From Acidobacteriota bacterium (GTDB lineage Bacteria; Acidobacteriota; Aminicenantia; UBA2199), in NCBI GenBank assembly GCA_025456205.1, contig JALOLA010000004.1:21980-85979 (forward strand): DNA of 64,000 bases, read 5' to 3'. Numbering within the stretch: position 1 is the stretch's first letter; each line of letters starts with the position of its first letter. The notes under the pieces are model-generated. The model saw nothing but the letters and a program-made list of their open reading frames with translations. It was not told where the DNA came from and did not search any database. Both the position numbers and the translations under genes were made by a program. Positions 26,626 through 35,348 of the stretch are shown piece by piece.

Positions 26626-27774
26626 ATGACCGAGGAAAAGAAGCGCTATCACTTTATCGACCAGTTCCGCGGCTGGGCCGTGCTGTTCATGGTCGAGACG
26701 CACGTGGTCAACGCCTTCCTGCTGCCCGGGCTGCGCGATTCACTGGCGTACAAGGCCCTGGATTTCTTCAACGGCCTGATCGCGCCGGCCTTCGTGTTCA
26801 TCGCCGGCTTCTCGTTCGCCATCGTGGCCGAGCGCAAGTGGGACGACTTCCTGCGCCCCGGCCGGGTCTTCCGGAAGCAATTCCTGCGCTGCCTGCAGAT
26901 CCTGCTGGTCGGCTACCTGCTGCACGTGCCGCGCTTTTCGCTGCGACACCTGCACCATACCCTCCAATGGGGAGAAAAAAACATATTCTGGGGCGTCGAC
27001 GTGCTGCACGCCATTGCCGTCTCCCTGCTGCTACTGCTGCTCTTCATCCCGCTCTGGCGGCGCAGGGAGCGCTATTTCTTTTTCCTGGCCATGGCCGCCG
27101 CCGCCGTCTCGCTGCTGACGCCGCTGCTGCTTTCGCTGCCGATCGAGAAAACCCTTCCCTGGGCTTTCTCCGGCTATTTAAAACGGCTGCCCTATTCGCA
27201 GTTCCCCCTCTTCCCCTGGATGGGTTACGCCTTCCTGGGCGCGGCCGTCTCCCGGCTCTGGCAGGAGTCCCGGCGGGCCGGGAGCGAGGCGCGCTTCTTC
27301 CGCCTGCTTTTCGCGGCCGGGGCTTCCTTCATCGCCGTGTTCCTTATCCTTACTCTGCAGCCCTTCACCCGCATTGTCCTGGGCTCATTCAACCCCGCCA
27401 GGCCGATCTTCTTCTTCCTCAAGCTGGGCATCGTCGTCATGCTCCTTTCCCTGCTGTGGCTCTGGGAGCAGAAACGGGGAAACCGGCCGGCCGCGGTGAC
27501 GGCGGTGGGCCAGGAGTCACTGCCGGCCTACGCCTTCCACATCGCGGTCATCTATGGCGGCTTCTCCGGCCCTTTCGGCCACAGCCTCGCTTACCTGGTC
27601 GGCCCGACCCGTTCCTGGGCCGAGGCGCTGGCCATGGCCGTCGGCCTGATCCTCATCACAGTCGCGCTCGCGCTGGCCTGGCACTGGCTGAAAAAGAACC
27701 GGCCGGTCGTTGCCAAATGGGTGTTTTGGGTGGGGACAGGATTATTGATCCTTTATATGATATTCCGTAAATAG
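26626..27774 (+). CDS. DUF1624 / heparan-alpha-glucosaminide N-acetyltransferase-like membrane acyltransferase
   Basis: HFIDQFRGWAVLFMV N-terminal motif and about 10 TM helices. ATG at 26626; the track start at 26479 would translate the R4 repeat. Confidence 0.7.
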   Translation: MTEEKKRYHFIDQFRGWAVLFMVETHVVNAFLLPGLRDSLAYKALDFFNGLIAPAFVFIAGFSFAIVAERKWDDFLRPGRVFRKQFLRCLQILLVGYLLHVPRFSLRHLHHTLQWGEKNIFWGVDVLHAIAVSLLLLLLFIPLWRRRERYFFFLAMAAAAVSLLTPLLLSLPIEKTLPWAFSGYLKRLPYSQFPLFPWMGYAFLGAAVSRLWQESRRAGSEARFFRLLFAAGASFIAVFLILTLQPFTRIVLGSFNPARPIFFFLKLGIVVMLLSLLWLWEQKRGNRPAAVTAVGQESLPAYAFHIAVIYGGFSGPFGHSLAYLVGPTRSWAEALAMAVGLILITVALALAWHWLKKNRPVVAKWVFWVGTGLLILYMIFRK

Positions 27775-27785
27775 CGCCAGTTCCT

Positions 27786-28100
27786 TGGCGTTGGGCGGTT
27801 GGCGTAAGGCGTGAGGTAAAAATAAAATCAATTATCCGAAGCGAAAACATTTCTAAATTGCCTTGAGTCGCGCAACTCACCCCCCGACCCCCTCTCTTCC
27901 CAAAGAGAGGGGGAGATGCAAAGGCAATTTTTCATCCCTTCTATTCATAAGAAGATGCATGCGATACCAAGCCAGGGTTTTGCGAGGCATCTGACGATGC
28001 CGTCCGCAATACGGGGGGGATAGGGGATGAGTTTGAGAAACGGTTTTGGGTCTTTGTCTTTTTCTTACCCTGCGCCTTACACCTTACACCTTACACCGAG
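27786..28100. repeat. Heptamer-tandem inverted repeat element R5 (unit GGCGTAA/GGCGTGA) with nested hairpin cccctctcttccc/aaagagagggggag inside an about 235-bp spacer
   Basis: Left arm ggcgttgggcggttggcgtaaggcgtgaggtaa (27786-27825). Right arm ttaccctgcgccttacaccttacaccttacacc (28060-28100). Lies between the convergent DUF1624 and ampG genes. Confidence 0.8.
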
Positions 28101-28105
28101 CCCGG

Positions 28106-29590
28106 CTATTTCTTAGGCACCCAGAATAACAACACCATCCCCGGGATGGAAATGATGAAGCTGATCAGGAACATGCCGCTGTAGCCCAGCCAGGAGGCGA
28201 TGAAGCCGCTGCTGACGCCGGCGACGATGCCGCCCAGGCTCATCAGCCCCGAGCCGATGGCGAAATGGGCCGCCTTGTGCTCGCTCTTGCAGATGCGCAT
28301 CAGGAAGGTGGTCAGCACCGCCGTGCCCAGGCCGCTGGCGAACTGGTCGAAGCCGTGCACGCCCGCGGTCAGGGCCAGGTTGCCAACGCCGATGAAAACG
28401 GGCTGGGCGGCGCCGGTGTTGGCGGCCAGGTAGGGCGCCAGCCCCCCGGCCAGCAGCATGTAGGCGACGTTGGTCAGGTTCTGCGCCAGCAGGAACGGCC
28501 AGATCAGCCGCCGCAGCCCGAAGCGCGAGATCATCCAGCCGCCGATCAGGGCGCCGGCGATGGAGGCCGGCAGGCCGATGCCGCCCGAGATCCAGCCGTA
28601 GTGCGTCTTGACGCCCAGGTCGACGACGAAGGCCGAGGACATGGAGCTGACCATGAACTCGCCGCTGCGCGCCAGGATGACGAAGGCCAGGACCAGGCCG
28701 ATCTTCTCCTGGTCCATGAAAGTAAGAAAGGCCCGGCCGTAGAACGAATCCGGGTCGCGGGTCAGCCGGGCGGTCAGCTGGTTGCGGAAAACGGCCAGCA
28801 GCGCCAGCGCCAGCAGCAGGCCCAGGCCGACCGCGCGGGGGAAGTTAAGTTCCTTCAGCAGCGGGGTCGTCACTTCCCAGCCCCGGTAAACGGAAGAGTT
28901 GAAAAAGAGATAGATGCCCGCGACAGCGCCCAGTAGCAGGCCGATGCGCAGCAGCACCCTGGGGCTGGCGATGAGCCGGAACATGCTCCCGATGGGGCGC
29001 CGCTCGATCTCGCATTCGGGCAGAAAGAAGTGGTGGTAGGTCGCCAGCAGCCCCAGCAGCAGGCCTGCGAGCAGGAATGCGAGCGTCCAGGAAAAGGAGG
29101 CGCCGATGGTGACGATCACCCCTGTCCCGGTCAGCATGGCCACGCGATAGGCCATCACCCGGTAGCCGAGGAACTTCGTCTGCTCCTGCTTGTCCAGGGC
29201 GGCCAGGTAGTAGCCGTCGATGGCGATGTCGTGGGTGGCGGCGATGAAGGCGCCGACGAAAAAGAGCCCGGCGATCAGGCGCACGCCGCCGGGCAGCGGC
29301 ACCAGGAAGGCCGTGGCGCCGATCAGAACGGCCAGCGTGGCCTGCATGGCCAGCAGCCAGCGTTTTTTGGTGGCGAACTCGTCGATCAGCGGCCCCCAGA
29401 AGAACTTGAGGATCCAGGGCAGTCCGAAAAAGGTGGTCAGGCCGACCGCCTCGAGGCTGACGCCGCGGTCGCGGAAAAAAAAAGTGGAGACGGAGCGGAT
29501 GATGGAAAAAGGGAAACCTTCGGCGAAATAGGTGCTGAAGCACCAGACATGCGGGTCTTTCAGGATCGCGGGCGGTGGCTTGCCGTTCAT
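28106..29590 (-). CDS. AmpG-family MFS permease (muropeptide transporter-like)
   Basis: FAEGFPF motif in TM1, length, and 14-TM MFS pattern of the AmpG/PAT subfamily. Confidence 0.75.
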   Translation of the reverse strand: MNGKPPPAILKDPHVWCFSTYFAEGFPFSIIRSVSTFFFRDRGVSLEAVGLTTFFGLPWILKFFWGPLIDEFATKKRWLLAMQATLAVLIGATAFLVPLPGGVRLIAGLFFVGAFIAATHDIAIDGYYLAALDKQEQTKFLGYRVMAYRVAMLTGTGVIVTIGASFSWTLAFLLAGLLLGLLATYHHFFLPECEIERRPIGSMFRLIASPRVLLRIGLLLGAVAGIYLFFNSSVYRGWEVTTPLLKELNFPRAVGLGLLLALALLAVFRNQLTARLTRDPDSFYGRAFLTFMDQEKIGLVLAFVILARSGEFMVSSMSSAFVVDLGVKTHYGWISGGIGLPASIAGALIGGWMISRFGLRRLIWPFLLAQNLTNVAYMLLAGGLAPYLAANTGAAQPVFIGVGNLALTAGVHGFDQFASGLGTAVLTTFLMRICKSEHKAAHFAIGSGLMSLGGIVAGVSSGFIASWLGYSGMFLISFIISIPGMVLLFWVPKK

Positions 29591-29658
29591 GGTGCGGCTA
29601 TCTTATTACAGCCGCGGCTGTTTTGCAATCCGCCGCCGGCGGTTGACTTTTCGGCGAA

Positions 29659-31101
29659 TTGCTGCAAAATAACGCCATGCACGATGAGCAGGCCTCCGCG
29701 CCGGGCGCTACGGATCGATCGCGCGACTTGTCGTACGCGCACTATATCGCGAAATTCGACCGGCTGGCGGCAGGGTATATCCCGGCGCCCGGGACCTGGA
29801 CCCCGGTCGACGATGCGCTCTACGGTCCGCCCGACCCCTTCCGCGTCCCCTACGCCCAGGCGCTGGAGATGCAGCTGCGCGCCGTCCGCTTCGCCCTGGA
29901 GCGCCACTACCATCAGAGCAGGATCTACCACAAGCTCTGCCGCGAGCGCGGCTTCGCGCCGGAGCAGGTCCGGTCCGTCGCGGACCTGGACCGGGTCCCC
30001 CTGCTTCCCGACACGTTCTTCAAGGACTATCCCGAGGGCAGGGAGTTTGCCCTGTGGCTGGGCAACATCGTCAGCGGTGAGCTGCCCAGGGTCGTCATCC
30101 AGCGCAGCAACCCAAGCGCTGACGACGTGGTCCAGGCCTTCAACGAAGCCGGCATGGCGGTCACATTCAGCAGCGGCACCAGCGGCCGCCATACCTTCAT
30201 CCCGCGCGACCGCCGCACTTTCCTCGCCGCCGAATACATCATGGCCAAATCGGTCGTGGCCATGACGTATCCGCATTGGCAGCGCGACTGGCACGGCTAC
30301 CTGCTGATGCCCGACCCGCGGCGGACCAGCCTCTTCGCCGGCCGGGCCTGCGCCGTCTTCTTTGACGTCATCGGCGACGTGCGCGTGGCCGTCGACCGCG
30401 AGGTGACCACCGAGGTGATCCGCCTGGCCATGGCCGGCCAGGGAGGGATCAAGGGCCGGATCGCGAGGCATGTCGCGCGCCGCCGCTGGCAGCGGATGAT
30501 CACCGACATCATCCGCTGGCTGGAACTCCACGAACGGGACGGCGGCAAGGTCATGTTCTTTGGCGCGCCGTTCATCCTGCAGCGGGTGCTGGAACGGTTG
30601 CGGCGTCAGGGACGCCGCTTCGCCTTTGGCGAGCGCGGCTGGGTCGGCAGCGCCGGCGGCTGGAAAACGTTCGAAGGCGAACGCATCCCCCTGGCCGATT
30701 TCCGCGCCCAGGTCGAACAGGTACTGGGCATACCGCAGAAGCACTGCCTCGACATGTACGCCATGGTCGAGAGCAACGCCTGCATGCTGCAGTGTCCTGA
30801 AGGGCATTGCCTGCACGTGCCGCACCCGTTCTTCCGCCCCCTGGTCCTCGGCGACGACGGCCGGCCGCTGCCTTGGGGCAAATGGGGGCGCTTCGCCTTT
30901 TTGGATGCCGCTGCGCTCAGTTATCCCGGCTTCATCATGACCGGCGATCGCGTGCGCCTGCTGGAGCGCTGCCCAACCTGCGACCGTCCCGGGCCGGTGC
31001 TCGATCCCGAGGTGAACCGCTTCGGCGACGCCGGCGTGCGCGGCTGCGCCGAGGAGCTCCGGCGCCTGGTCGCCGCTGACCTGGGAAACATGGAACCCTG
31101 A
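29659..31101 (+). CDS. LuxE-like acyl-protein synthetase / adenylate-forming enzyme
   Basis: Nucleotide-binding motif SSGTSGRHTFIPRD (S/T-rich P-loop of ANL/LuxE-type ligases), with overall LuxE-family length and pattern. Confidence 0.7.
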   Translation: MLQNNAMHDEQASAPGATDRSRDLSYAHYIAKFDRLAAGYIPAPGTWTPVDDALYGPPDPFRVPYAQALEMQLRAVRFALERHYHQSRIYHKLCRERGFAPEQVRSVADLDRVPLLPDTFFKDYPEGREFALWLGNIVSGELPRVVIQRSNPSADDVVQAFNEAGMAVTFSSGTSGRHTFIPRDRRTFLAAEYIMAKSVVAMTYPHWQRDWHGYLLMPDPRRTSLFAGRACAVFFDVIGDVRVAVDREVTTEVIRLAMAGQGGIKGRIARHVARRRWQRMITDIIRWLELHERDGGKVMFFGAPFILQRVLERLRRQGRRFAFGERGWVGSAGGWKTFEGERIPLADFRAQVEQVLGIPQKHCLDMYAMVESNACMLQCPEGHCLHVPHPFFRPLVLGDDGRPLPWGKWGRFAFLDAAALSYPGFIMTGDRVRLLERCPTCDRPGPVLDPEVNRFGDAGVRGCAEELRRLVAADLGNMEP

Positions 31102-31102
31102 C

Positions 31103-32083
31103 ATGCTGACCCCCTGGGAGATCGCGCGCAAGGGGATGCTGCCTCCGCCCCGGCTGCTCGGCATGTTCTGCAAGGGCGCCGTTGCCGTGCTCGCGGTCGT
31201 CCTGAAAAATTTCAAGCTCATCCGCGGGGTGAAGCGCCGGCAAGCCGGTCCGCCTTTCGCGCGGCCGCCGCGGCAGTACGCCCTGCCGGGGTTCCGGGCG
31301 GGCATGAGCAACCTCAGCAGGGAAAGAAAGTATCTCCGCCCGACGCTCTACTGCGATTGCCGGGCGCCCGAGGTGACGGTCATGGCCCTGCAACTGGGCG
31401 CCGGCATCAAGTCCGACCGCGAGTTCGCCGAGGCGGCCTTCGAATTCACCAAGCGCAACATCGCCATCGAGATCATGGCCATGGACGACGTCGGCCGCAC
31501 CCTGGCCCGCGGGGCGGGCAACTGCTTCCACAAGACGGCGGTCTTCGTCGCCCTGTGCCGCGCCGCCGGCGTCCCGGCGCGCTTCAAGTACTGCTCGCTC
31601 ACCGACATGGAAGCCTGGTTCGGCTCCTCGCTGCAGAATTCGCCGTTGATCCGCCAGTGGTACAAGGCCATGGGCAACCTGCTGCCGCACGGCGAAGGCG
31701 AGGTTTTCATCGCCGGCTCCTGGGTCGCGGCCGACATCAGCCGCAGCCCGTGGTGGCAGGCGGCCAAGTCACTGCCGATCTCCCGGCTGGGAGAAAGCGC
31801 GATCGGGCTCTGGATGACCCCCGTTCCCGGGTCGATCTTTGTCCGGGAATCGCTGCCGCTGGGCTTCGGCTGGCCTTCGCGGCTCCTCAGCCGCTTCTTT
31901 GCCGGCGCCGTGGCCGGCTACAACCGCGGCCTGCAGGAGCAGGACGAGATCGGCCTGCGCGTGATCGCGGCGGCGGGCGGCGAGGCGGCCTATGACGCCG
32001 AGGCGCGCCGCCGCCGGCTGTTGTCAGCGGCAAGGGCCGACCTGTTGCGCGAGCACGAACGCATCGTCTTCGATGAAAAATAG
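31103..32083 (+). CDS. Transglutaminase-like (papain-fold Cys-His-Asp) domain protein
   Basis: GNCFHKTAVFVALCRAAGVPARF is the transglutaminase-like catalytic Cys motif (G-x-C-x2-x-A). Start is 1 nt after the LuxE-like stop. Confidence 0.7.
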   Translation: MLTPWEIARKGMLPPPRLLGMFCKGAVAVLAVVLKNFKLIRGVKRRQAGPPFARPPRQYALPGFRAGMSNLSRERKYLRPTLYCDCRAPEVTVMALQLGAGIKSDREFAEAAFEFTKRNIAIEIMAMDDVGRTLARGAGNCFHKTAVFVALCRAAGVPARFKYCSLTDMEAWFGSSLQNSPLIRQWYKAMGNLLPHGEGEVFIAGSWVAADISRSPWWQAAKSLPISRLGESAIGLWMTPVPGSIFVRESLPLGFGWPSRLLSRFFAGAVAGYNRGLQEQDEIGLRVIAAAGGEAAYDAEARRRRLLSAARADLLREHERIVFDEK

Positions 32084-32118
32084 GGCGGAGCGGGACGCCG
32101 GTCGCCCCGGGTCCAGGC

Positions 32119-33471
32119 TCAGGGAGTGACGGCGACCTGCACGAATGGTCCCGAAGACGGGCCGTCCATGGCGAAGGGAGCGGCGACAGGGGAGCCGCAG
32201 ACCCAGAGGATCTCGCCGTCGCCGTTCTCCAGCAGCGGCGCCAGGCGGCGCAGCGGCGCCGGCAGCCCGGAGCTGCGGATCATCTCGAAAACGCTCTGGG
32301 CGTAAGGCGAGTGGATCTTCCGGTACTTGTCCGTGGCGCTGGCGCTGCGGGCGCGCAGGGGGAAAAGCAGCTTGGCCTCCGGGAACACGACCTGGGAATT
32401 GTCCCCGGGCAGGCGGAAGCGCTTCGTGCGCTTCAGAGTGATCACGCGGCCGATCTCCGCCACGGGCCATGCCCCGGGGCCGGTGATCTCCAGTTGGTAG
32501 TCGGCGATCCTGATCTTTTCCGGGAAGATCCAGCCCTTGGCGAATTTGAGGTTCAGGCCCGGCAGGGAGAGGCCGCGTCCCGTATCCAGGCTGTCGAGGA
32601 AACCGGCGATATGCTCGAAGCCAACGCCCAGCAGGTCGCCCTTCAGGCGCCGCAGACATTCGCGGGCCAGGTGGCGGGCCTGGGCCGGATGCAGTCCCGC
32701 GAACGCCCGCGCGGGAAGGATCGCTCCCAGGAGCAGGTTCGCTTCCAGGCCGGCACGCGCTTCGCCCTGGAAATGATCGAATTCGTCCTGGATGAGCAGT
32801 ACCGTCCTGAAGATCCGTTCCTCGATCTCCGGCTCGATGCCGTTGATCACGGGCAGCAGGTCGTGGCGGATGCGGTTGCGCAGGAAGTCCTGCTGCAGGT
32901 TGGTCGGGTCCTGGTAGCATTCCAGGCGATTGCGCTGCAAAAAGGCCAGGATCTCCTTCTCGGAAAAGATCAGCAGCGGGCGGATGATCTTTTTCTCCTT
33001 GTTCTGGAAGATGGCCGAGAGGCCCTGCAAGCCGCTGCCGCGGAAAAGCTTGATGAAGAAGGTTTCGGCCAGGTCGGAACGGCTGTGGGCGGTGGCGATT
33101 CGCGCGCCGGGAGTCTTTGCCGCCAGGGCGTTGAAAAAATCGTAGCGCGAGAGCGAAGCGGCGTGTTCGAGATTCAGTCCGCTCTCTTCGCGGAAGCGCT
33201 TCACGTCGCGGCGGCCGGTCTTCAATTCAATGCCGCGGCCGGCGCAGAAGCGGTGCACCCATTTCTCCTCGTCCCCGGCGTCGGCGCGCAGCCGGTGGTT
33301 GAAGTAAGCGGCGATCAGCCGGAAGGGGGTGTGCTTTTGCAGCTCCAGCAGCAGCAGGGCCAGGGTGACCGAGTCCTTGCCTCCGGAAAAGCCGAGGATG
33401 AGCGTATCGCCGGGACGGACGAGCTCGTGGCGCTCGATGTTCTTCTTGAATTCCGGAAACAGGAGTTTCAT
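32119..33471 (-). CDS. tilS: tRNA(Ile)-lysidine synthetase TilS
   Basis: PP-loop SGGKDS in LILGFSGGKDSVTLALLL, with N-terminal ATP-pyrophosphatase domain and C-terminal substrate-binding extension. Confidence 0.85.
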   Translation of the reverse strand: MKLLFPEFKKNIERHELVRPGDTLILGFSGGKDSVTLALLLLELQKHTPFRLIAAYFNHRLRADAGDEEKWVHRFCAGRGIELKTGRRDVKRFREESGLNLEHAASLSRYDFFNALAAKTPGARIATAHSRSDLAETFFIKLFRGSGLQGLSAIFQNKEKKIIRPLLIFSEKEILAFLQRNRLECYQDPTNLQQDFLRNRIRHDLLPVINGIEPEIEERIFRTVLLIQDEFDHFQGEARAGLEANLLLGAILPARAFAGLHPAQARHLARECLRRLKGDLLGVGFEHIAGFLDSLDTGRGLSLPGLNLKFAKGWIFPEKIRIADYQLEITGPGAWPVAEIGRVITLKRTKRFRLPGDNSQVVFPEAKLLFPLRARSASATDKYRKIHSPYAQSVFEMIRSSGLPAPLRRLAPLLENGDGEILWVCGSPVAAPFAMDGPSSGPFVQVAVTP

Positions 33472-33523
33472 GGTTTTGCGACCGCGTCCCCCTCTTGCCC
33501 GTCCCGGGGAAAAAGGAAAAAAA

Positions 33524-33596
33524 TAGCGGCGGAGGGAATTGAACCCCCGACATAACGGATATGAGCCGTCTGCTCTACCGACTGAGCTACGCCGCC
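33524..33596 (-). tRNA. tRNA with CAT anticodon (Met, or Ile2 if lysidine-modified)
   Basis: Reverse complement GGCGGCGTAGCTCAGTCGGTAGAGCAGACGGCTCATATCCGTTATGTCGGGGGTTCAATTCCCTCCGCCGCTA folds as a cloverleaf. The anticodon loop CTCATAT carries CAT. No CCA is encoded. Ends are within about 1-2 nt. Confidence 0.8.
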
Positions 33597-33660
33597 ATCA
33601 GAGGCCAATTATACCCGAAAACACGGCACTTGGCAACACGGAAAAGCTTGATCTTTCGTG

Positions 33661-33775
33661 ACGCGTAACGCGTAACGCGTGACGTGGAAGAGCGGAACTT
33701 GGCGTAAGGCGTAGGGCGTAGGGCAAGAGGGAAGAAGAAATGGCATACGGTGCAAGGTTCAGGGCGCAAGGTTCA
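33661..33775. repeat. Tandem heptamer arrays R6: 4x (CGTGACG/CGTAACG, four ACGCGT cores), 4x GGCGTAR, 2x GCAAGGTTCA
   Basis: cgtgacgcgtaacgcgtaacgcgtgacg (33661-33688). ggcgtaaggcgtagggcgtagggcaagaggg (33703-33733). gcaaggttcagggcgcaaggttca (33750-33775). Lies between the tRNA and the TPM gene stop. Confidence 0.75.
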
Positions 33776-33840
33776 AGAAGGGCCTCTTCTCTTCCCGTAA
33801 ACACTCTACCGTCAACCGAACGCTTTCCACTGAGTTCATC

Positions 33841-35184
33841 CTAGAACTTCCTGCTGGCGCCGCCGCCTCCGGAGCGGCCGCCGCCGAAGGAGCCTGCCGG
33901 GCGCGATGGGCCGGGGGAGCTCGAAGCCGCGGTGGCGAGGCGGGGAGTGGAGTGCTCGCGGATCTTGCTGAAGTTGCATTTTGGATTGAGGCAAGTCTCG
34001 ATGACGCGCGTCCTGCCGCCCTGCTCCCTGGTGGCCGCCACCATGGTCACGTAGTTTGAGGTGAGCGTGCGGCGCTTGCATTGCGGGCATGTGGAGGCTT
34101 TGTTCAGCTTGACCTTCAGGCTCTCTTCGGCGCCGCATTGCGGGCAGCGCCAGAATTCGTAGTCCATGCCGCCCGCCTTTTCCTCGGCCGCCTCCTCCGC
34201 AGAGAGGAATTGCTCGTCCCGGCTGTCGTCGATCATGTCCATGCCGGTGCCGCAGGCGGCGCAGGGGAGGCGATACGAGGCCAGGCGGCGCTTGAGCAGG
34301 CGGGAGGCCAGCAACTGGCCGGCCGTGGCCAGCCCCGGAGCGGCTAGCATGGCGATGAACGGCGGCAGGAAACTGCCGCTGAAGCCCAGGATAAAGAAGA
34401 ACGAGATCGCTGCCGCGATCCAGGCCAGGATGGTCGGCACTATGGCCCAGCCGATGGCCTTGCCGCGGGCGGCCTTGCCCCGGGAGCGACGGAAGCGCAG
34501 AATGGTCCAGCCCAGCCCGAGGGCGGCGAAGCCCAGCAGCCCGGCGGCGAAAAGCATGGAAGATTGCACTGGGTCCCAGCCCTTTTTCTTGGCCGCTGGT
34601 CGGGCCAGTGGCGTCGGCGCCACCGCCTCCGCCGGCCATGTCGCCGGCTCGGCGATGGAGAAGCCTTTGCCCGCTGCGGTCGCCGCCGTGTGGGCGATAT
34701 CGCGCACGGCCATGAACAGGCCGCGGCCGAAAAAGCCGTCGCGCAGGTAGGACAGGCCGCTGCGCTCCAGCAGGCGCGCGGCCAGGGCGTCGGGGATCGA
34801 CGCTTCCAGGCCATAGCCCACCTCGAGGCGCACCAAGCGGTCGTCGCGGGAGCAGAGGAGCAGCAGGCCGTTGTCCTTGCCGGCGGCGCCGACGGCCAGC
34901 CTTTGGAACAGCCCGACGGCAAAATCCTCGATCGGCAGCCCGCCCAGGTCGCCGACAGTGACCACGGCCAGCTCAATGGCGGTCTTTTCCCGCAGGGCGC
35001 GGCAGGCGTCGTTGATCAGCGTGAGGTACGCGGGAGCGAGCACGCCGGCGCTGTCGGTGATGAAGCCTTTATTGGCGCGCTGCGGATCGAGGATGTCCTC
35101 GACCTTCTCCGCTGCCAGCGGCAACAGGGTCGCTCCCAGCAGCAGCATGGCGATGACCGCCTGGCATTTCAGCTTCGTGCGCAT
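33841..35184 (-). CDS. TPM-domain (YgcG-like) protein with zinc-ribbon-like CxxC insert and Gly-rich C-terminal tail
   Basis: Signal peptide. TPM core AIELAVVTVGDLGGLPIEDFAVGLFQ...NGLLLLCSRDDRLVRLEVGYGLE. Two TM helices. Four CxxC pairs (CAACG, CPQCG, CPQCK, CLNPKC). Tail GSFGGGRSGGGGASRKF. ATG at 35184. Confidence 0.7.
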   Translation of the reverse strand: MRTKLKCQAVIAMLLLGATLLPLAAEKVEDILDPQRANKGFITDSAGVLAPAYLTLINDACRALREKTAIELAVVTVGDLGGLPIEDFAVGLFQRLAVGAAGKDNGLLLLCSRDDRLVRLEVGYGLEASIPDALAARLLERSGLSYLRDGFFGRGLFMAVRDIAHTAATAAGKGFSIAEPATWPAEAVAPTPLARPAAKKKGWDPVQSSMLFAAGLLGFAALGLGWTILRFRRSRGKAARGKAIGWAIVPTILAWIAAAISFFFILGFSGSFLPPFIAMLAAPGLATAGQLLASRLLKRRLASYRLPCAACGTGMDMIDDSRDEQFLSAEEAAEEKAGGMDYEFWRCPQCGAEESLKVKLNKASTCPQCKRRTLTSNYVTMVAATREQGGRTRVIETCLNPKCNFSKIREHSTPRLATAASSSPGPSRPAGSFGGGRSGGGGASRKF

Positions 35185-35287
35185 GATGACTCCTCTGTTC
35201 GGCCTTAGGCAGCGATCCTGCCGGCCAGGGGGGATTGTACGCGAAAAGCCGGTGAAATTCAAAAAATAGGTCCCGCGAATGATTTTG

Positions 35288-35316
35288 TTGACAAAAAAGA
35301 TAAAGTGTATTATATA
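35288..35316 (+). promoter_or_regulatory. Sigma70-like promoter (TTGACA, 17-nt spacer, TATATA) overlapping an imperfect palindrome gtattatatatgtaatac, a candidate GntR/YtrA operator
   Basis: ttgaca at 35288-35293 and tatata at 35311-35316. The palindrome centred about 35315 immediately precedes the GntR gene. Confidence 0.55.
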
Positions 35317-35348
35317 TGTAATACAATGAAGATCGAAGGGGTAACGCC

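Noticed and set aside
29587-31311. 574-aa - strand ORF
   Set aside because: Antisense to the LuxE-like ligase gene.
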